Below are positions 57,478-64,000 of a stretch of 64,000 nucleotides of DNA, in pieces. Below the pieces are notes generated by a model that saw only the letters and a program-made list of their open reading frames with translations, ran no database searches and was not told the DNA's origin. Source of the stretch: Bacteroidales bacterium (GTDB lineage: Bacteria > Bacteroidota > Bacteroidia > Bacteroidales > UBA1715); contig JAKSTZ010000015.1 in the NCBI GenBank assembly GCA_024402335.1, forward strand, positions 2,597 through 66,596, written 5' to 3'. Both the position numbers and the translations under genes were made by a program. The stretch's first letter is position 1. Each line of letters begins with the position of its first letter.

Positions 57478-59881
57478 CAGCAGCACTCAACTGAATATCT
57501 GCTAAATAAAAATCACGTTTGGTACTATTCCAAATATAGAATTTTATCTTATCGCCTGGCCTATAATCGTATATTGCCTTTCGAAGATCGTATTTTGTTT
57601 TAAACTCAGTCCATGAATCATAACTATGGAATGATGGACCGTTTAAAAAGTCTGCCGACCAATACACCTTTTCTTCGCCTCTATTTATTTCCGTAACAAT
57701 TGCAATTGTTGACGTAGAATCCGAACATAACGGAATGTAATTTTTAAAACGAACTTCCAACTGAAAATCAAGTTCATTTCCTTTAAATTCATAGGTATAT
57801 AAATCACACGGGAAATCTATATCATGTAAGAAATAGGCTTCTTTTACTCCTTTAAAATCACATGGTGCAAATGGTATTCTTTTCTGATAAAATGACAATT
57901 GCTCTTGTTTTGATTTAACAGAGAATATCGGATGAAGTTTGTCTTGATTATCGTGGTTCCAGTTTTCTATCAAAGCATTATTCTCCATTACATACATATC
58001 AAGCATCTTATATGTATTGAAAAAATCAAGCACATCACAACTATCGGTATATGGTTGCAACTGAAGTCTATCATTTTTATACTGAATAAAATATGGCTGA
58101 TTATTCCATACAAAAAAGTCATTGTATATACAATGCGACAGACTTCTACCTAAATCCATTATTGGATTAAATGTTTTACTTTGAAAATGAGAACTCGTGT
58201 CAAGACCGGAATTAAGCCATGCAACATTTTCTGGACTATCTATAAAATAATTCTTCTTCAACATTGCCAAAATTGAAGGTGTAATATCGCGATGTGAAAC
58301 AACAGCAGGAAATCGTTTCGATTGTGCTAACATTGGCGACCAAATAATGAATGGAACATTATTTAACACTACTGGATCTTGTTGCATATTAAAATCATGA
58401 TCGCCGGTAATAACGAAAATTGTATTGTCAAAATTTGGTTTTTCTTCATATAATTTGAAAAGTTCACGTAGTGAATTATCCAAATAAAGATATGATGCAA
58501 TTTTTCGTACATTTCCCTCAGCTATGTATGGACAATCAGACTTGGAATTTAGAATTTCTGAATATTGTGCAACATATTTTTCTTCATCTGGATATTCGAA
58601 TGGATCGTGAGTTGTAAGTGTTAAATACACATCCACACGCGACTCTTTGCTAAAATCTATAGTCTGCATTGTTTGTTTAAAAAGAAAGTCGTCATACAAT
58701 CCCCACGTATTTTTTTGCGTAGTAGTATCGTACAAAGAAACATCAACAATGTCATCAATTTCATTGAGTTTCAAGAAATGACACATGTCGTCAAAACAAA
58801 GCCAACCACCATAGGAAAACGTCGAGTGATAATTATTATCATGTAATATTGTCAGCAATGAGTTAAAACTCGGCGCATATTCTTTATAATTCATAAAACC
58901 ACTTTTACCAAATGGCAATGAGCCAAATATAGACGGCAATGCACAAATAGTACGTTGAGATGTAGAAAAACAATTGTTCCACGAAAGCCCTACTTGAGAC
59001 AAAGAATCCAAAAAAGGTGTAGCCGAAGGTACTATACTATTGTAGCCACTAAATTCACGGCCGAGACCTTCTACAATAATGAAAACAAAATTTGGCTTTT
59101 TCGGCTTTAAGCTAAAATAAGGAGTCAAAACATCTACTGTACTATCCTTGTATAAAAAAGGATAGGAATCATTACTAAAAACATAATTCGGAAAAGCATT
59201 GTGAAACATATTTTCCTGCTCTTGAAGAGAACACTCCTCTATAGAACTTGAAATAGTTGCATTGCACACACTTTTTATAAAAAAAGCAAGCTTGTTTTCC
59301 GTAATATTATATGCCTCCTGCGAGGAAGCACGACCAAACGATGCATTCGGAAAGAAGACACATGCAAGATACAAAACTAAAATAGCACCATTGACAGCAA
59401 AGCGTTCGATTATTTGTTTCTTCGACAATATCCAGAAAGAAAACAACAGACATATCAAAAGAATGTATTCCCACCAATCAGCTGTCTGTGAGGACGAAAC
59501 TATCTCAATTATATCTTGAAATGAATATAAGAATACAATTCTATCGAGCGGAACTCCAACAATGGAGAAAAAAGAAACCAAACAACATGAAATTAGGAGA
59601 TATAATACCAATATGATTCGCAACAAATTATTTGCTAATTTCTCACGATAATATGAAAGTAAAAGGAATAATGGAAATAAGATAACAGATAGTTTTCCAA
59701 GATACACAACATCATTTAGCAATCCCTCGCAATTTAATTGTATGAGCGTACCTACCGCAACATTAGATGATATACTTAGAATTACAGTTTCATATATCCG
59801 CACACACAACAAAAACAATGTTGTCCATAACAAAATGGAAACAAAACGATTAGTTGATTGTTGTATTTTTTCTTGTAGCAT
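57458..59881 (-). CDS. LTA-synthase/sulfatase-family membrane transferase with an extra C-terminal domain of about 200 aa (paralog of 55486-57477)
   Basis: FVFIIVEGLG, STSQRT and ITGDH motifs. Aligns by eye with the convergent paralog. Confidence 0.75.
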   Translation of the reverse strand: MLQEKIQQSTNRFVSILLWTTLFLLCVRIYETVILSISSNVAVGTLIQLNCEGLLNDVVYLGKLSVILFPLFLLLSYYREKLANNLLRIILVLYLLISCCLVSFFSIVGVPLDRIVFLYSFQDIIEIVSSSQTADWWEYILLICLLFSFWILSKKQIIERFAVNGAILVLYLACVFFPNASFGRASSQEAYNITENKLAFFIKSVCNATISSSIEECSLQEQENMFHNAFPNYVFSNDSYPFLYKDSTVDVLTPYFSLKPKKPNFVFIIVEGLGREFSGYNSIVPSATPFLDSLSQVGLSWNNCFSTSQRTICALPSIFGSLPFGKSGFMNYKEYAPSFNSLLTILHDNNYHSTFSYGGWLCFDDMCHFLKLNEIDDIVDVSLYDTTTQKNTWGLYDDFLFKQTMQTIDFSKESRVDVYLTLTTHDPFEYPDEEKYVAQYSEILNSKSDCPYIAEGNVRKIASYLYLDNSLRELFKLYEEKPNFDNTIFVITGDHDFNMQQDPVVLNNVPFIIWSPMLAQSKRFPAVVSHRDITPSILAMLKKNYFIDSPENVAWLNSGLDTSSHFQSKTFNPIMDLGRSLSHCIYNDFFVWNNQPYFIQYKNDRLQLQPYTDSCDVLDFFNTYKMLDMYVMENNALIENWNHDNQDKLHPIFSVKSKQEQLSFYQKRIPFAPCDFKGVKEAYFLHDIDFPCDLYTYEFKGNELDFQLEVRFKNYIPLCSDSTSTIAIVTEINRGEEKVYWSADFLNGPSFHSYDSWTEFKTKYDLRKAIYDYRPGDKIKFYIWNSTKRDFYLADIQLSAAVISQKE

Positions 59882-59883
59882 AA

Positions 59884-61437
59884 CTATTGTACTGTTATAG
59901 AAACATTTACATCCTTATATTCTATATTTCCCTCGTTTGGATTATAAAAATACACTTGTAATTTTTGTTTTGAAAACGACTGCCCAAAAGAACAATTCGA
60001 CCGCTGCGTAATCGTGTACGTTTTCATATTGTCATTCTCCGTAAATCCACAACTATTTAAATCTATCTTTTGCCATAGTTTTCCCGGAATTTGAATAACG
60101 ATACATGGCAAAGATTCGGAACTGTTTATTGCAGTAATAGTAATATCGGTTGTTATAGTATGTGTAAATTGTGGTATTTCAAATGTTGCAAATGTTTCAT
60201 ATTTCTCATCAGGCAAAACAGTACCTGCACTTGTTGTTTCCGTAGCAGCCAATACATGTTTTGAACTACCTATATAACTTGCATAGAAAACAATAATATA
60301 TGATGCCAAAGCTATAAACAAGATTTTACAGATTGTGGACAGTATGTGCCATTTTGGTGAAAAATCATGAGGAATTGCATCAAAAGGTACAGAAATATAG
60401 TGCAACACCTTTTTACCGACATAGGCAATACCTACCGAAAAGATAAAAAACAAAACTGCCACAAACAAATGAAACAATGCAGACGAACTTCCTTGAGCAA
60501 GAGCAATAAACGGATCTCTAAACAATGAATGCGTTGCAAACAACACCATCGAAATTGAACCTATATAGGAGAAAAACTTGTACAATGTTGAAGATTGTGC
60601 TGTTTGTCGGAAACAGAATATAAATATAACCACTACCGAAATAAACGTAAGCGGATACAAGAACTTAAAGAAATTTCCTAACACAAAAACAACAATAGCT
60701 AATACAAAGAACAACAAAGAAAAATTCTTATCCTTATTGTGAGCGAACCAAATACCAAAAGTAAACTCAACAATATGGCCAGGAGCATTTTCCATCAATG
60801 GAATTTCTGTAAAATCCTGAAAAAAATATTGTGATATATAAATCCACGTATATGCTATAAGACATACACATCCAAGAGCTATACTATTATATTTTTGAAT
60901 ACTTTGATACAACAAAGGGAACAGGATATATAACTGTACAATCAAACCAAAGAACCACCATGGGCCATTCATAGAAAGTCCAGAATTCGGAAGTAGCGTA
61001 TGAATGAAAAGCATTTTATACAAAAGTTCCTTCCACTCACCTATAGTAAAAAGATTATTGCGTAATAATATCCATGAGAAGAAGCAAAAAACTATTCCCG
61101 TAAGCAGTAACGGATAAATTTTTCTAAGACGTTCAAACACAAACGTACCCCATGTCCGAGACTTTTTTAGCATGGATAATGCTAATCCATAACCACTTAT
61201 AAACAAAAACAACTGTACACCAAAATGCCCGAAATAACTAAATACAATATTGATGAACTCTAATGGCTTTGCTCCTATTTGAGAAAAAAAATTAAAAATC
61301 CGCTCTGCCGCAAAATCAAATTCGTTTTCTCCGGGAGAAGGATTTAACCAATGAAAGAAATTATGAAATACTATACAGAATATAGCAAATCCCTTTATAA
61401 ACCCTGTACTTTCTTTCGATATGGAATATATTCTCAT
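59884..61437 (-). CDS. Acyltransferase family 3 membrane protein with a C-terminal extracytoplasmic extension
   Basis: GFIKGFAIFCIVFHNFFHW N-terminal motif, about 10 TM segments, then a soluble tail of about 130 aa. Confidence 0.7.
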   Translation of the reverse strand: MRIYSISKESTGFIKGFAIFCIVFHNFFHWLNPSPGENEFDFAAERIFNFFSQIGAKPLEFINIVFSYFGHFGVQLFLFISGYGLALSMLKKSRTWGTFVFERLRKIYPLLLTGIVFCFFSWILLRNNLFTIGEWKELLYKMLFIHTLLPNSGLSMNGPWWFFGLIVQLYILFPLLYQSIQKYNSIALGCVCLIAYTWIYISQYFFQDFTEIPLMENAPGHIVEFTFGIWFAHNKDKNFSLLFFVLAIVVFVLGNFFKFLYPLTFISVVVIFIFCFRQTAQSSTLYKFFSYIGSISMVLFATHSLFRDPFIALAQGSSSALFHLFVAVLFFIFSVGIAYVGKKVLHYISVPFDAIPHDFSPKWHILSTICKILFIALASYIIVFYASYIGSSKHVLAATETTSAGTVLPDEKYETFATFEIPQFTHTITTDITITAINSSESLPCIVIQIPGKLWQKIDLNSCGFTENDNMKTYTITQRSNCSFGQSFSKQKLQVYFYNPNEGNIEYKDVNVSITVQ

Positions 61438-61461
61438 TTGCTATAAACTTATGTATATGAG

Positions 61462-62847
61462 TTACTTCTGTATGTTTTTATTTCGTGACAAAGGAATAGA
61501 ATTTCCTGACAATTCCACAAAATATTTTTCCGGATTTTGATACAATCTATTGTACGATTCCTCACGAACCATATCCTCTATTTGCATGCCTTTTGCTCGA
61601 GCTTTCTTCTTTAAATCCTCCATATCTTCAGAAGAATTCATGATCTCCTTCTCGATAGATTGAACTACAGAATCTATCTGATCATTTGAATAACACAAGC
61701 TAAGAAGCGCCTTTGATATAAAATTATTACCAAGATTATAAATCGTAGCAGAACAATACGAAATCATAATATAATCTGTATTTAAAAGCACATTTGCCAA
61801 ATCCGTAATCTCGCTTGTTGACTTGTAGGTAGAATCCCAATATATCGTGCTATTATAATACCAATATGTACATTTATTAAAGATTTTCTGTAAAGGTACT
61901 ATATACGACACATTCCAAAGATATGAATCCCCCACTACAACGAAACGTGGATGAATCGCCGTTGAATCTGGAATAATTGTAATATCAACATACTGATTAG
62001 GTTTATCTAAATGTATATCACGTTGAAGATTCAATAATCCCTCCAAATCAGCATCAGGTTTTCGGTTTTCAGATTCATATGGTTTTCCAATAGCTATATT
62101 CGTTATGTTTTTATCCCCCAATTTTTCCATATAACGAATAACAGAATCTGTCACATAGGCAGCAGCAATATTAGACCAGTGCGTTCCTGTTTGTGGATAC
62201 AAATTGAAAGAAGCTGTGTCTTTCATCTGCTTGAACCACGTGTTCACATTTATATGATTGACATGCAAACTATCAAAAAGATGCGGATAATAGTCCACTG
62301 CCGATAAATATTTTATACGATTATATTTCTTGTTCTTAGGCAAATGTTCCGGGTAGATTTCTCCTTTCCCGGGTTCCACTAAAACAAATATTTGCTTACC
62401 ATATTCCTTTAAAATTTCCTGTAAGAAGTACAAACGTTTAGCCTCTTTTGTAAACTTATCTTTTAAGACTGCCGGATCATCAGAATAAGTATATTGCAAA
62501 CTTTCATAATAGTCTTGTACAAACATTTTTTCAAACAACCAATCGTCCTCATTGCGAACTACCGTCTTTGAAAAGGTTTTTCTAAAAACATCCCACAAAA
62601 ACTGATTATACAATCGTATCGACGGCTCCCTAAAACCGTAGTTTTCTGAAATATATTTTTCTACACTTCCCTGCCATTTGCCGGATTTATAATTCTCAAA
62701 AGTGAGAGGCTTAATTTCCGCCTTTTGAGTTACACCATTTAAGGGAATAAAATTGAAAATTCTACAATGTTCCTGTATCATTGGTAAAAAGAAAATCACC
62801 ATAAGAATAGTGAACAAAACGCCTGAATATGTAATTTTCTTTTTCAT
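61462..62847 (-). CDS. Membrane-anchored AlgX/AlgJ/DltD-like (SGNH-like) partner of the MBOAT acyltransferase
   Basis: Single N-terminal TM. QTGTHWSN resembles the D.HW motif of AlgJ/AlgX. Start overlaps the MBOAT stop (TAATG). Confidence 0.45.
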   Translation of the reverse strand: MKKKITYSGVLFTILMVIFFLPMIQEHCRIFNFIPLNGVTQKAEIKPLTFENYKSGKWQGSVEKYISENYGFREPSIRLYNQFLWDVFRKTFSKTVVRNEDDWLFEKMFVQDYYESLQYTYSDDPAVLKDKFTKEAKRLYFLQEILKEYGKQIFVLVEPGKGEIYPEHLPKNKKYNRIKYLSAVDYYPHLFDSLHVNHINVNTWFKQMKDTASFNLYPQTGTHWSNIAAAYVTDSVIRYMEKLGDKNITNIAIGKPYESENRKPDADLEGLLNLQRDIHLDKPNQYVDITIIPDSTAIHPRFVVVGDSYLWNVSYIVPLQKIFNKCTYWYYNSTIYWDSTYKSTSEITDLANVLLNTDYIMISYCSATIYNLGNNFISKALLSLCYSNDQIDSVVQSIEKEIMNSSEDMEDLKKKARAKGMQIEDMVREESYNRLYQNPEKYFVELSGNSIPLSRNKNIQK

Positions 62848-64000
62848 TAGAATCTAAAATAAATAAATGGACTAAATCCTGTTGTATTCAATGCAGAAAT
62901 GCAGAATAAAAATGCAAGCACAGCTATAACAAAAATACAAATATGTTGTTTCTTGTTATATTCAGTAAAATAAACCCATTCCTGTAACTTCAAGCCCCAA
63001 GATGTAAGTGTTATGAATGAGAAGATAGCAGCGACAATCATTGCAGTATATACATGAGGGTTATCGCTGAAGTGGAATGGTGTGAAGTCAAATGCAAACA
63101 AACGTTTTATGAATTGCCAAGACAAATCTATTCGTTCTATACGAAAGAAACATCTCGTCAAAACAATAATCATAAATGTAAAGATATGAGCAGCCCAATC
63201 GCCTACCTTTTCCCAAAACTTTACGAGAAACAATTTGTCGGCACAGATAAAAATACCCTGTAATGCACCATACACGACAAAGTTCCACGAAGCGCCATGC
63301 CATAAACCCGAACACAAAAAACAAAACCAAAGGTTAAAATATTTTCGACCTTCTGGAACACGACTGCCTCCCAATGGGAAATATAAATAATGTCTAATAA
63401 AAACACTCAAAGTTTGGTGCCAACGACGCCAAAACTCCGAAACGGATTTCGCGACATAGGGATTATCAAAATTCTCCGGAAATTTAAATCCCAACATTCG
63501 TCCTAATCCTATCGCCATATCGGAATAACCAGAAAAATCAAAATAAATTTGGAAGGTAAATGCAAAAATTACTATCCACGCCGTTGTACTGTCAATCGCT
63601 GCAATACGCTCTGCAATATCGGCTATTTGACCTGACGTAAGTACATCATAGTTCGATGGTCCTAAGATTGTATCAACGTAAAAACCAATAACATCAGCAA
63701 TCAATATCTTTTTACATAAACCTATCGTAAAACGATAAAATCCATGTAATCTATCTGTAGTTAAATATTGACGTTCTCTAATTTGGTCGGCAATATCACA
63801 ATATCGTATAACCGGTCCTGCAATCAATTGCGGGAACATAGTGATATATAAGGCATAATCGCCTATGTTATCCATTGGCTGATTAACGTTTCTATACGTA
63901 TCGAGCGTATATGTGACGCTTTGGAAAGAGAAAAAAGAAATACCTATCGGTAATAGTATCTTTGTCCATTCTAATTGTGCCAAATCTGTAAAACTTAATA
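62847..64000 (-). CDS. MBOAT-family O-acyltransferase (AlgI/DltB-like). The N-terminus lies beyond the window edge.
   Basis: LPIGISFFSFQ and RRWHQTLSVFIRHYLYFPLGGSR (conserved His). The frame is open to base 64000. Confidence 0.85.
   Translation of the reverse strand, partial: LSFTDLAQLEWTKILLPIGISFFSFQSVTYTLDTYRNVNQPMDNIGDYALYITMFPQLIAGPVIRYCDIADQIRERQYLTTDRLHGFYRFTIGLCKKILIADVIGFYVDTILGPSNYDVLTSGQIADIAERIAAIDSTTAWIVIFAFTFQIYFDFSGYSDMAIGLGRMLGFKFPENFDNPYVAKSVSEFWRRWHQTLSVFIRHYLYFPLGGSRVPEGRKYFNLWFCFLCSGLWHGASWNFVVYGALQGIFICADKLFLVKFWEKVGDWAAHIFTFMIIVLTRCFFRIERIDLSWQFIKRLFAFDFTPFHFSDNPHVYTAMIVAAIFSFITLTSWGLKLQEWVYFTEYNKKQHICIFVIAVLAFLFCISALNTTGFSPFIYFRF

Noticed and set aside
1-64000. Search for CRISPR arrays, rRNA, transposases, integrases and prophage blocks
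   Set aside because: No regularly spaced repeats, no rRNA-like conserved segments, and no DDE, tyrosine or serine recombinase-like ORFs were seen in the six-frame track.

Overview
AT-rich chromosomal segment that looks like Bacteroidota, probably Bacteroidales-like. Supporting this: gldH, a PorZ-like T9SS cargo gene, repeated TAnnTTTG -7 promoter boxes, and several DUF families typical of the phylum. Most of the window is densely packed core metabolism and information processing: rplU-rpmA, serS, purD, trmB, holB plus a PSP1/RicT-like gene, pgk, ribBA, manA, rpe, hisH, argH, rlmB, amt and proC. There are three tRNAs: His-GTG, Lys-TTT and a CAT-anticodon tRNA. I saw no rRNA, CRISPR array, transposase, integrase or obvious prophage. 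Family names come from motif recognition by eye only; no HMM or BLAST search was run. The parts that deserve a second look are listed here. (1) An operon encoding a 1272-aa GAF-like/receiver/PPDK-type ATP-grasp protein with no phosphohistidine domain, coupled to a LuxR regulator with a degenerate receiver. (2) A hairpin-bracketed, strongly structured ~240-nt non-coding element next to tRNA(CAT), beside a small accessory islet (Cys-rich protein plus a T5orf172/GIY-YIG-like protein). (3) A mirror-image envelope-modification locus after porZ: two acyltransferase-3/LtaS-like pairs plus MBOAT and an AlgX/J-like partner. (4) A Hanks-type kinase homolog with every catalytic residue substituted. (5) A two-gene toxin-antitoxin-like module with palindromic repeats, inserted between arginine-pathway genes. 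(6) An argH whose conserved N-terminus has no canonical start codon. None of these is proven novel. The window is mostly ordinary.
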